Of a DNA stretch of 64,000 nt, positions 27,666-36,354 are shown piece by piece. The notes beneath the pieces are model-generated. The model ran no database searches and was not told where the DNA came from. It saw only the letters and a list, made by a program, of their open reading frames with translations. The position numbers and the translations under genes are program-made. The DNA is from Micrococcales bacterium. GTDB lineage: Bacteria > Actinomycetota > Actinomycetes > Actinomycetales > Cellulomonadaceae. The first letter of the stretch is position 1. Each line of letters starts with the position of its first letter. The DNA lies in NCBI GenBank assembly GCA_009785115.1, contig WQWY01000002.1:21987-85986 (forward strand), read 5' to 3'.

Positions 27666-30221
27666 ATGACCCGCCGTCGTGTAGCCCGCCGTGCGCTGAT
27701 CAGCCTCGGGGTCGTCCTCGCTCTGCTCCTGGCGAGCGTCGCCGGGACCGCGGCGGTGATGATCCGACGCCCTCTGCCGACCCACGCGGGAGAGCTGACG
27801 ATCTCCGGCCTCAGCGACACGGTCATCGTGCTGCGCGACGCCCGTGGCGTGCCGACGATCACCGCCTCGTCGGCCCACGACCTGTTCCTGGCCCAGGGCT
27901 ACACCGACGCCCAAGACCGCTTCTTCCTCATGGACTACCGCCGTCGCGCCGCCTCGGGCACCCTCTCGGCGCTGGTCGGGCCCCACGACGCGGTGCTGCA
28001 CTCGGACATGGTGGTGCGCACCATGGGCTGGCGTCAGGTGGCCGAGCAGGAGTGGGAGCTGCTCAGACCAGCCACCCGCCAGCACCTTCAGTCCTACGCC
28101 GACGGTGTCAACGCCTACCTGGCGGGACGCTCGGCCCGCGAGGTCGCCGTGGAGTACACCGTCCTCGGCCTGCGGGTCCCGATCTCCGCCCCGAAACGCT
28201 GGGAGCCCGTCGACTCGCTGGTCTGGCTCAAGGCGATGGCCTGGGACCTGAGCTCCAGCTTCCACGACGAGCTCTCCCGTGCCGCGGCCTACCAGACGCT
28301 GCAGGACGTGGCCCTGGTCGACCAGCTGTTCCCCGCCTACCCCGAGGACGTCAACGCCCCGATCCTGTCCACGGCGGACGTCCCGATCACCATGTACGCG
28401 GCAGCACCCGAGAGCGTCGACCTGACCAGCGTGCCGGTGCTGGCGGCGCTGGCGTCGACGCGCGAGAACCTCGACGCGCTGCCCCCCCTGCTGGGCACCG
28501 GAGAGGGCGTCGGGTCCAACTCCTGGGCGGTGTCCGGGCGTCACACCGCGTCTGGCAAGCCCCTGCTCGCGAACGACCCCCACCTGGCGATCTCCCAGCC
28601 GGGCGTCTGGTCCCAGGTCGGGCTGCGCTGCGCCGAGGTGTCCCAGGACTGCCCGTTCGACGTCTCCGGCTTCTCCTTCGCCGGGTTCCCCGGCGTCATC
28701 ATCGGCCACAACCAGACCCTGGCCTGGGGGCTGACCAACCTCGGCGCCGACGTCACCGACTTCTTCGTCGAGCGTGTCGTCAGCGGTGACGGGGTCCTGG
28801 TCGACGGCGTCGTGCGGCCGATGCAGGTGCGCGAGGAGACCATCGAGATCGCCGGGGCCGACCCGGTGACGATCGAGGTCCGCACCACCGGGCACGGGCC
28901 CATCGTCTCCGACGTGCTCGGGATGGACGCCGTCAGCGCCGTCCCGCTCGGCGGCGGCAGGGGGACCTACGAGGTGGCGCTCGCCTGGACGGCGCTCGAG
29001 CCCGGGGTCACCGCCGACGCGGTGTTCGCCCTGAGCACCGCGGTCGACGCCGCCGACGTCCAGGCCGCGGCGGCGGCGTTCGAGGTGCCGTCGCAGAACA
29101 TCGTGTTCGCCACCACCGACGGCCACATCGGCTACCAGGCCCCAGGTCGCATCCCCGTGCGTGCCCACGTGGTGGGCGCAGAGCTGCCGTCCGACGGCAC
29201 CTGGCCACGGCCGGGCTGGGACAGCGCCTACGACTGGCAGGGCTACGTCGACCCCGCCGACATGCCTCGCGTGCTCGACCCCGAGGAGGGGTTCATCGTC
29301 GCGGCGAACCAGGCCGTCACCCCGGCTGGGGTGGGCCCGCCCCTGTCCAGGGACTGGGACTACGGCTACCGCTCCCAGCGGATCCGCGACCTGCTGCTCG
29401 AGACGATCGAGCAGGGCGGCGTGACGGTCACGGACATGGAGCGCATCGCCATCGACAAGCACTCCGCCGCCGCGGACCTGCTGGTGCCGCTGCTGCTGGA
29501 GCAGGACGTCGGCGACGGGTTCGACGCCGACGGCCAGGCCCTGCTGCGCGACTGGGACAGGCAGATGGACGCCGACTCGGCCGCGGCGATGTACTTCGCC
29601 GCGGTCTGGGCAGAGGTGCTCATGCGCACCTACTCCGACGAGCTGCCCGAGGCCTTCGAGCTGAGCGGAGACTCCCGCTCGGTGGAGCTGATCCGCCAGA
29701 TCATCGACTCTCCGGACTCCCGGTGGTGGGACGACGTCTCCACGCCGCGCGTCGTCGAGAACCGCGACGAGGTGCTGTCCCGGGCGCTGGTCAACGCTCG
29801 CCGAGAGCTGACCGCCCAGCTGGGCAGCGCCCCGACGTCGTGGCGGTGGGGCACCCTGCACCGCGCCACCCCACGGCACCCCGTGCTCGGCGGTGACGAC
29901 GTGCCGGCGCTGGTCAGGGCGCTGGTCAACCCGGCCCCGCGCTCCGTCGGAGGAGGGTCGTCCGTGGTGGACGCGACCGCGTGGGACGCGGCGTCGGGCT
30001 CCTACGAGGTGCGGTCGGGCCCGTCCGCGCGCATGGTCGTGGACCTGTCGGACCTGGACTCCTCGACGTGGGTGAACCTCACCGGTACCTCAGGCCACCC
30101 GGCGAGCGTCCACTACTCCGACCAGCTCGCCGCGTGGGCCGACGGGAGGTCGTACCCGTGGCCGTTCACCCCGGCGGCGGTGCGCGCCGACGCCGAGCTC
30201 ACGCTTCGTCTGAGCCCGTGA
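27666..30221 (+). CDS. Penicillin/AHL acylase-family Ntn hydrolase
   Basis: 851 aa with an N-terminal signal/anchor. The GVGSNSWAV nucleophile motif at the alpha/beta junction and the overall pattern are penicillin-amidase-like. Confidence 0.9.
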   Translation: MTRRRVARRALISLGVVLALLLASVAGTAAVMIRRPLPTHAGELTISGLSDTVIVLRDARGVPTITASSAHDLFLAQGYTDAQDRFFLMDYRRRAASGTLSALVGPHDAVLHSDMVVRTMGWRQVAEQEWELLRPATRQHLQSYADGVNAYLAGRSAREVAVEYTVLGLRVPISAPKRWEPVDSLVWLKAMAWDLSSSFHDELSRAAAYQTLQDVALVDQLFPAYPEDVNAPILSTADVPITMYAAAPESVDLTSVPVLAALASTRENLDALPPLLGTGEGVGSNSWAVSGRHTASGKPLLANDPHLAISQPGVWSQVGLRCAEVSQDCPFDVSGFSFAGFPGVIIGHNQTLAWGLTNLGADVTDFFVERVVSGDGVLVDGVVRPMQVREETIEIAGADPVTIEVRTTGHGPIVSDVLGMDAVSAVPLGGGRGTYEVALAWTALEPGVTADAVFALSTAVDAADVQAAAAAFEVPSQNIVFATTDGHIGYQAPGRIPVRAHVVGAELPSDGTWPRPGWDSAYDWQGYVDPADMPRVLDPEEGFIVAANQAVTPAGVGPPLSRDWDYGYRSQRIRDLLLETIEQGGVTVTDMERIAIDKHSAAADLLVPLLLEQDVGDGFDADGQALLRDWDRQMDADSAAAMYFAAVWAEVLMRTYSDELPEAFELSGDSRSVELIRQIIDSPDSRWWDDVSTPRVVENRDEVLSRALVNARRELTAQLGSAPTSWRWGTLHRATPRHPVLGGDDVPALVRALVNPAPRSVGGGSSVVDATAWDAASGSYEVRSGPSARMVVDLSDLDSSTWVNLTGTSGHPASVHYSDQLAAWADGRSYPWPFTPAAVRADAELTLRLSP

Positions 30222-30864
30222 GCTCGTCCGGGGCCGTGAGCCGCCAGCGCTGAGGGGTCGCCACGGCACGGACCCGCTGGTCGTGGGTCTCGTCGGGCAA
30301 GGGGCGACGGGTCGCGTCGTACAGCTCGGTCTCGAAGACGATCGCGACGCTCAGCGCGTCGGGCCTGGCCAGCGTCAGCGCCCTGTCGTACCAGCCGCCG
30401 CCCTGGCCGATCCTGCGCCCCGTCGTGTCGATGGCCAGCGCGGGCACGAGGATCACGTCGGCCTCGGTGACCGCCTCGGCCCCGAGCGCCGGCCCGGGCG
30501 GCTCGGGAGGACGACCTGGCGCCCTGACCACGAGCTTGACGCTGGGGTCGTAGACCGCCCACTGACGGGCCAGGCGCTCGCCGAGCACCGGCAGCAGCAC
30601 CCTCACCCCGTCAGCGACCAGGGCCTCCAGCAGCGGGCCGGTGGGCGGCTCGTCCTTGCGAGACACGTACGCCGCCACGGTCCCGGCCGCCGTGACCTGG
30701 GGGATCTCACGCACGACGTGCGCCAGCCCGGCGCCGGCCTCGTCCAGCCGACGGGTCGAGCGTCTGGCCCGCACCTGGCGGATCGCGGTGCGGAAGCGCT
30801 CCTTGTGATCGCCTGGTTCGTCGGTCTCGTGCGCGGCCGGATATGGCTGGGCCCTGTGCGGCAT
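30199..30864 (-). CDS. 5-formyltetrahydrofolate cyclo-ligase
   Basis: ...AAYVSRKDEPPT...LLPV...VILVPALAIDTTGRRIGQGGGWYDR shows the 5-FCL motifs. ATG30864. The 3' end overlaps the acylase gene convergently by 23 nt. Confidence 0.8.
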   Translation of the reverse strand: MPHRAQPYPAAHETDEPGDHKERFRTAIRQVRARRSTRRLDEAGAGLAHVVREIPQVTAAGTVAAYVSRKDEPPTGPLLEALVADGVRVLLPVLGERLARQWAVYDPSVKLVVRAPGRPPEPPGPALGAEAVTEADVILVPALAIDTTGRRIGQGGGWYDRALTLARPDALSVAIVFETELYDATRRPLPDETHDQRVRAVATPQRWRLTAPDELTGSDEA

Positions 30865-30924
30865 GGTCCCAGTGTGACGTGTCCGCGGCGGCGACACTCC
30901 GGGTCTCGTGGGCAGAATGCCGTC

Positions 30925-32145
30925 ATGAGATCTGTCCAGGACCACCTTGCCGCCGTCCTCGCCACGGTCGCCCCGGTCAGACCGCTGGACGTGGCGCTGC
31001 GCGACACGGCCGGCTGCGTTCTCGCCGCTGATGTGGTCGCCGCCGCCGACGTGCCCCCGTTCGCGGTGGCCGACTGCGACGGGTACGCCGTGGCCGCGAC
31101 CGACACACTCGTGCCAGGCACCGGGACGCTGCCGGTGGCCCACGACGTGCGCCCCGGCACCGGCCAGCCGCCGCGCCTGGTCTCAGGCCAGGCGATCCGG
31201 GTCTCCGCCGGTGCCCCCATGCCGCCCGGGGCGAACGCCGTGGTGCCGGTCGAGCAGACGGACCGGGCCGACGTCATGGTGACCGTGCCGCACGACGTCG
31301 CCCCCGGCACGCACGTGCGCCCCGCCGGGCACGACGCGCGTGGCGGCACCGTGGTGCTGGCGGCCGGCACCCGGCTGTGCGCCCGCCAGCTGAGCCTGGC
31401 CGCGGCGATCGGCCGGTCGCGCCTGTGGGTGCACCCAGCCCCTCGGGTGGTGCTGCTCGCTGTCGGTGACGAGCTGGTCGAGCCGGGCACCCGGGCACAG
31501 CCGGGTCAGGTCTACGAGTCCAACCGGTTCGCCATGGAGGCGGCGGTGCGTGACGCCGGGTGCACCCCGATCCGGGTGCCGATCGTCGGCGACGACAGGG
31601 CACGGCTGCGAGAGACCATCGAGGACCAGCTGGTCCGTGCCGACGTGGTGGTCGTCACCGGTGGGCTGTCCGAGCTGGTGGACGACACGGTCAAGGACGT
31701 CCTGCCGCTGCTGGGCGACGTCCGCATCGACCGGGTAGCGATGACCCCCGGCGGGCGTCAGGGCCTCGGGGTGCTCGGTGAGATCACCGGGATCGACCGG
31801 GAGGTCCCCGTCTTCGCGCTGCCCGGCGACCCGGTCGCGGCCCTGACCGCGTTCGAGGTGTTCGTCCGCCCGGCGCTGTGCACCATGGCCGGCCTGGACA
31901 CGATCCACCGTCCGTCGGTGCCGGCCGGGGTGTCGCGGGGGTGGCGCTCGCCGGAGGGGCTGCGTCAGTTCGTGCCGGCGACGCTGGTCGGTGACCCGGA
32001 GACCGGGTACGAGGCGACCGTGCTGGGCGACCCCTTCCGCCCCTCGCTGGCCGACGTGGCATGCGCCGACGCCTTCGTCGTGGTGAGCGAGGCCGAGCTG
32101 GTCGTCAACCCCGGCCGGGTGCTGCAGGCCATGGTGCTCAGGTGA
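30925..32145 (+). CDS. moeA: Molybdopterin molybdenumtransferase
   Basis: MRSVQDHLAAVL...DGYAV...VVVVTGGLSELVDDTVKDVL...PGDPVAALTAFEVFVRP shows MoeA domains. ATG30925. Confidence 0.9.
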   Translation: MRSVQDHLAAVLATVAPVRPLDVALRDTAGCVLAADVVAAADVPPFAVADCDGYAVAATDTLVPGTGTLPVAHDVRPGTGQPPRLVSGQAIRVSAGAPMPPGANAVVPVEQTDRADVMVTVPHDVAPGTHVRPAGHDARGGTVVLAAGTRLCARQLSLAAAIGRSRLWVHPAPRVVLLAVGDELVEPGTRAQPGQVYESNRFAMEAAVRDAGCTPIRVPIVGDDRARLRETIEDQLVRADVVVVTGGLSELVDDTVKDVLPLLGDVRIDRVAMTPGGRQGLGVLGEITGIDREVPVFALPGDPVAALTAFEVFVRPALCTMAGLDTIHRPSVPAGVSRGWRSPEGLRQFVPATLVGDPETGYEATVLGDPFRPSLADVACADAFVVVSEAELVVNPGRVLQAMVLR

Positions 32146-32738
32146 ACGCCGCCTGGCCGGTCGAGCTCGTCGACCACGACGTGGGCCTGCGTCCGCTGCG
32201 ACGATCCGACCAAGAGCGGTGGATGGCCCTGCGCACCGACAACGCGGCCTGGCTGGACCCGTGGGACGCGACCAGCCCGGTACCGGTCACCGGCCGGGCA
32301 CCGACCTTCGCCGGCTTCGTCCGCTCGCTCTCGGCCCAGGCCCGCGCGGGCGAGCAGCTGCCGTTCGCCGTGACCTGGGGGGGAGACCTCGTCGGTCAGC
32401 TCACGGTCTCGTCGATCACCTACGGCTCGTTGCGCTCGGCCTCGATCGGGTACTGGGTGTCCCAGCACGTCGCGGGGCGAGGAATCATCCCGACCGCCGT
32501 CGCGCTGGCCACCGACCACTGTTTCTTCACGCTCGGGCTGCACCGCATCGAGATCAACGTCCGCCCCGAGAACGAGCGGTCGTTGCGGGTGGTCGCCAAG
32601 CTCGGCTTCCGTGAGGAGGGCCTGCGCGAGCGGTACCTGCACATCGGCGGCCGCTGGACCGACCACCGCAGCTTCGCCCTCACCGTCGAAGAGGTCCCCG
32701 AGGGTCTGCTCGCTCGGTGGCACGCCCGGTCGACGTGA
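32142..32738 (+). CDS. GNAT N-acetyltransferase, RimJ/RimL-like
   Basis: LRPLRRSDQERW...IGYWVSQHVAGRGIIPTAVALATDHCFFTLGLHRIEINVRPENERSLRVVAKLGFREEG. GTG32142 overlaps the moeA stop (GTGA). Confidence 0.85.
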   Translation: MNAAWPVELVDHDVGLRPLRRSDQERWMALRTDNAAWLDPWDATSPVPVTGRAPTFAGFVRSLSAQARAGEQLPFAVTWGGDLVGQLTVSSITYGSLRSASIGYWVSQHVAGRGIIPTAVALATDHCFFTLGLHRIEINVRPENERSLRVVAKLGFREEGLRERYLHIGGRWTDHRSFALTVEEVPEGLLARWHARST

Positions 32739-32779
32739 GAGACGGTCTGCGGTGACGGACAAGGCGACACGCCGCCGGG

Positions 32780-33997
32780 GTGCTGGGGCACGGGGCGCAG
32801 GGCGCCTACCGTCGTCAGGTGCAAGGTCTCGCAAGCCCGGCGGCGCTCGCGCTGGTGGGCTTGTGGGTGGTGTTCTTGGTCCCGCAGGTGCTGCGGCAAC
32901 GTCAGCAGCTGCTCGACTCGTGCGCTGACGACCGGTACTCCCGGTGGTTGCGCGTGGTGGCGGTGACGCCTCGGCGCCCCGTCCGGCGAGGGTCTGCCCG
33001 GCAGGTCCGGACGGCCCGCCCGCCGTCCCGGGTGCGCCCGGTGGCCTGTCACCGGACCAGGTCCGCCACCGGGCTGCTGACGCCCGGACGAGGTCAGAGC
33101 ATCGCCGTCTCGTCTGAAGGAGAGGCCGTGGACCGACCCCACGCCGCAGCGGAGCGCGTCAGCGCCGACGCCGCCCGCCAGGTCGCCCGGATGCGCGCCG
33201 GGTTCGCCGCCGCACAGGCGCGCCGGGCCGCCGCCGCGCGGCGACGTGGCGCGCTCGCGGTCCTCCTGGTCGTCGCCTCGGTCGGCGGCTGGGTCGCGCT
33301 CGTCCTGGCACCGACGATGTCCGTCCTGCTCGCCGCGCTCCCGAGCGTCCTGCTCGCCGTGGTCATGGTGACCGGGCGCACCGCGGTGGTCGCGGGGCAA
33401 CGCAACGACGAACGGTGGCGCGGGCTCATCACCGAGGCCGAGGCCGAGGCTCGCGTGCGCACCGGTGCGACACGAGCCCTCACTCCGCGCACCGGCACGC
33501 GCCGGATGGTCCCCACCCCGCGAGCCCCGGTCAGCGGCCCTGTGGTGCGCCGTCCCGAGCCAGCCCGCCGCCCGGCAGACACCGCGGCACGGCGGACCGC
33601 CTCCGGACCAGCCCGGCCCCGGGCCGACCTGGCCACCACCGCCCTGCCGGCAACCCCGCCGGTGGGCCGTGCGGTGCACCCCTCGGAGCAGATGACGGAC
33701 GTGTTCGACGCGATCGTCTCCGACCGGGGGGAGACCGGCTCGTCGGTGAGGCACGCCTCCGTCCCCACCCCGACGGTCGGCAAGGCCAAGACTGACGCCA
33801 CCTGGTCGCCCGTCCAGGTGCCCCCGCCGCCCTACACGCTCAAGCCCCCCGCACCGCGCATCGTGCCCGTCCCGCTGGAAGACGGCCAGGCGTCCGCGGT
33901 CGCGACCCTGCCGGCCCCGGCCGAGCCCGTCCCTCAGACCAGCGGCAGCATCGACCTCGACGCGGTGCTGGAACGTCGCCGCGCCTCCGGCCTGTAG
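32780..33997 (+). CDS. Membrane-anchored Pro/Arg-rich hypothetical protein
   Basis: 405 aa with TM segments (LALVGLWVVFLVPQVL; ALAVLLVVASVGGWVALVLAPTMSVLLAALPSVLLAVVMV), codon bias consistent with coding, and a position equivalent to the membrane protein after rimJ in mycobacteria. Confidence 0.5.
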   Translation: MLGHGAQGAYRRQVQGLASPAALALVGLWVVFLVPQVLRQRQQLLDSCADDRYSRWLRVVAVTPRRPVRRGSARQVRTARPPSRVRPVACHRTRSATGLLTPGRGQSIAVSSEGEAVDRPHAAAERVSADAARQVARMRAGFAAAQARRAAAARRRGALAVLLVVASVGGWVALVLAPTMSVLLAALPSVLLAVVMVTGRTAVVAGQRNDERWRGLITEAEAEARVRTGATRALTPRTGTRRMVPTPRAPVSGPVVRRPEPARRPADTAARRTASGPARPRADLATTALPATPPVGRAVHPSEQMTDVFDAIVSDRGETGSSVRHASVPTPTVGKAKTDATWSPVQVPPPPYTLKPPAPRIVPVPLEDGQASAVATLPAPAEPVPQTSGSIDLDAVLERRRASGL

Positions 33998-34047
33998 GCC
34001 GGTGTGACCTCGCCAGGATTCAGGTGCTAGCCTGTTCCCTGCTTCTT

Positions 34048-34120
34048 GGGGCTGTGGCGCAGCTGGTAGCGCGACTCGTTCGCAACGAGTAGGTCGCCGG
34101 TTCGAGTCCGGTCAGCTCCA
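34048..34120 (+). tRNA. tRNA-Ala (anticodon CGC)
   Basis: 73-nt cloverleaf: acceptor GGGGCTG/CAGCTCC with the G3:U70 Ala identity pair, anticodon arm ACTCG-TTCGCAA-CGAGT, T arm GCCGG-TTCGAGT-CCGGC. CCA is not encoded. Confidence 0.9.
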
Positions 34121-34205
34121 CTCTGCTTTCTCTCTCTAGACTTCACCGAGACCCTCGACCACATCATCTTGACCCTAGAGTGTCATCTCGTTTTCGTTAT
34201 ACGAT

Positions 34206-34475
34206 ATGGGGATGGCAGAGACAGAGACGATCAACGGTCAGCCCGTCACGCAGGAGCAGATCGCGACGTGGGCTGCCGAGGCTGAGGCGGGCTATGACGT
34301 GGCCGCGCTGAAGAGGCGTGGGCGGGGTCGGCCTGGACGGGGATCGGAACCGTCGCAGATCGTGGCGCTGCGCCTCACTGTGGCTGAGCTGGCAGAACTT
34401 GACGACCGGGCCCACCGGGAAGGCAAGACTCGTTCGGACATCATCCGCGAGGCGCTGGCGGCGTCGGCCGCGTGA
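34206..34475 (+). CDS. Ribbon-helix-helix (CopG-like) putative antitoxin
   Basis: C-terminal SQIVALRLTVAELAELDDRAHREGKTRSDIIREALAA is an RHH motif. 4-nt overlap with the next ORF. Confidence 0.6.
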   Translation: MGMAETETINGQPVTQEQIATWAAEAEAGYDVAALKRRGRGRPGRGSEPSQIVALRLTVAELAELDDRAHREGKTRSDIIREALAASAA

Positions 34476-34711
34476 AGGTCCACGACTCGGCGCTGCGGCA
34501 CGGGATCGACCGTGAGGACGCGACCCAGGCGGCTACCTGGTCGTTGTGGGTCGAAGACCTCGACGAGGAGAGCCCTGCCCGCCAGCTGCGGCTCGGTTTT
34601 GACACCCGTGGCCGCCTCCTGGAGACGGTCGTGCTCGTGTTCGACAGCGGGAACGAGCTGGTGATCCACGCGATGAAGGCACGACCTCAGATGATCGAGC
34701 TGCTCCCGTAG
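34472..34711 (+). CDS. BrnT/DUF497-like putative toxin
   Basis: ...ALRHGIDREDATQA...RLGFDTRGRLLETVVLVFDSGNELVIHAMKARP parallels the BrnT core (HG..eeA ... G....GrlL.vv......iriISARkA). The N-terminal part of the family is missing and the gene order is reversed relative to brnTA. Confidence 0.5.
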   Translation: MKVHDSALRHGIDREDATQAATWSLWVEDLDEESPARQLRLGFDTRGRLLETVVLVFDSGNELVIHAMKARPQMIELLP

Positions 34712-35047
34712 CCGTCGCCGTGGGCTGAGGCCGGCCGCTCACGGTTGTTCTTGTGCTTCGGTGCTGATCTGGTCGGCGTCGAGGCGGGTGAGGGCTGTGG
34801 TGAGCAGCTCCACGCTGTTCCCTCCTGCCCAGCGTCCCCGTCCTGCCAGGTGCGCCAGCCTGACCGCTGTGCGGGCTTCTCGTGCACTCGCGACACCGAC
34901 GGCGCGACCACCGCGGCCAAGCTATGTCCCATCGTGACGATGTGCCAGCTCTGGCGTCCGGTCGATCGCTGCGCTCGACACCCTCGATCGGCTCGACAGG
35001 ACGTGGCGAGCTCGCTCTGTTCTCGCCTCAGCCTCGGGCTGGTCGCT

Positions 35048-35069
35048 GTTCTCGAAGTGTTCACCTTCT
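35048..35069. promoter_or_regulatory. Candidate PHO box (two 11-nt direct repeat units GTTCTCGAAGT GTTCACCTTCT) upstream of phnG
   Basis: GTTC-initiated units with 11-nt periodicity, 84-105 nt before ATG35153. A third GTTCCG lies at 35074. The 8-mer GTTCACCT recurs upstream of phnD. Confidence 0.3.
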
Positions 35070-35152
35070 GGATGTTCCGAGCTCTCCGGGCGCTCTCCGG
35101 GCGCGGATAGCGTCCCGCTGTCTTGGTCAAGGAGGCAGCTTGTGAGGGTGGG

Positions 35153-35662
35153 ATGAACGACACGGCAACAGCGCCCGTCGTGGTGCAGGGGTGGCGGCAG
35201 CGGGCGGCACGTGCGCTCGCGCTCGCCGACGCCTCCCAGCTGGCCGCGCACTGGGCCGCCTGGCCCGACGCCCCCGAGGTCGAGTACCTCCGGGGCCCAG
35301 AGGCGGGGCTCGTCATGGTCCAGGGGCGGATCGGCGGCAGCGGAGACCGGTTCAACCTCGGCGAGGCGACCGTGACCCGGGCGACGGCAGTCCTGCGCGG
35401 CGGCGGTCTGAGCGCCGAGCGGGTCGGCACCAGCTACGTCCTCGGCTCCGACCCGGAGCACGCCGGGCTGGCAGCGATCTTCGACGCGCTCCTGACGGAC
35501 CTCGCGACCGCGCCACGTGTGCTGAGCGACGTCGTCGAACCGCTCGAGCGTGAGCAGGACGGCGACGACGCGCGCTCGCGTGCTGAGGCTCGGGCCACAC
35601 AGGTCAGCTTCCTCACGGTCGCCAGAGAGAACAGCAGCGACATGGAGGACGACGACGAATGA
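35153..35662 (+). CDS. phnG: C-P lyase core complex subunit PhnG
   Basis: ...YLRGPEAGLVMVQGRIGGSGDRFNLGEATVTRA... is the PhnG signature. ATG35153 preferred over the track start at 35123. Confidence 0.85.
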   Translation: MNDTATAPVVVQGWRQRAARALALADASQLAAHWAAWPDAPEVEYLRGPEAGLVMVQGRIGGSGDRFNLGEATVTRATAVLRGGGLSAERVGTSYVLGSDPEHAGLAAIFDALLTDLATAPRVLSDVVEPLEREQDGDDARSRAEARATQVSFLTVARENSSDMEDDDE

Positions 35663-36354
35663 GCTCCCAGACCGACCTCGAGCAGCCTGTCACGGGCTTT
35701 GCTGCCGACAGCGAGGCCGTCGGCACGACGGTCCGCATCCCCGCACCCGGCTTCACGGACCGGGTCCACGGAGCCCAGCAGACCTTCCGGGCTCTGCTCG
35801 ACGCGTGCGGCCGCCCGACGACGACGGTCACCCTGCCGTGCGAGGTCTCGGCTCCAGGCTTGCTGACCCGGAGCGCCGCGGCGTTCCTCCTGACGCTCGC
35901 GGACGACTCCTCGCCGCTGTGGCTCGACAGCACGCTGGCGAGCGACCCGGACGTCACCGCATGGATCGAGTTCCACACGGGTGCGCCCCTCGTCGCCGAC
36001 CGCTCGTCGGCCGCGTTCGCGCTCGTCGCGGCACCGGAGAGGCTGCCCACGCTGGACTCCTTCGCGCTCGGCAGCGACGAGGCGCCGCACACCTCGACCA
36101 CGGTCGTCGTCATGACCGACCCGGAGCTGGACCGTACGGTCGATGGGCTCTGGGGTGTCGACGGGCCAGGTTTCCCCGAGCCCGCGATCTGGGACGCACC
36201 AGCCCTGCCCGTGGACTTCGCGGCCCAGTGGGCCCGCAACGGGGCGCTCTTCCCCCGTGGTGTGGACCTGGTGCTCGCCAGCGACGACGCGTTCGTCGCC
36301 CTGCCGCGCACCACCCGGCTGACCACGGTCGACCAGATGGTGGAGGTGGCCTGA
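35659..36354 (+). CDS. phnH: C-P lyase core complex subunit PhnH
   Basis: ...DRVHGAQQTFRALLDACGRPTTTVTL... is the PhnH motif. ATGA overlap with phnG. Confidence 0.85.
   Translation: MSSQTDLEQPVTGFAADSEAVGTTVRIPAPGFTDRVHGAQQTFRALLDACGRPTTTVTLPCEVSAPGLLTRSAAAFLLTLADDSSPLWLDSTLASDPDVTAWIEFHTGAPLVADRSSAAFALVAAPERLPTLDSFALGSDEAPHTSTTVVVMTDPELDRTVDGLWGVDGPGFPEPAIWDAPALPVDFAAQWARNGALFPRGVDLVLASDDAFVALPRTTRLTTVDQMVEVA

Noticed and set aside
27651-29879. 742-aa minus-strand ORF
   Set aside because: It is antisense to the penicillin acylase gene and has no recognisable motifs.
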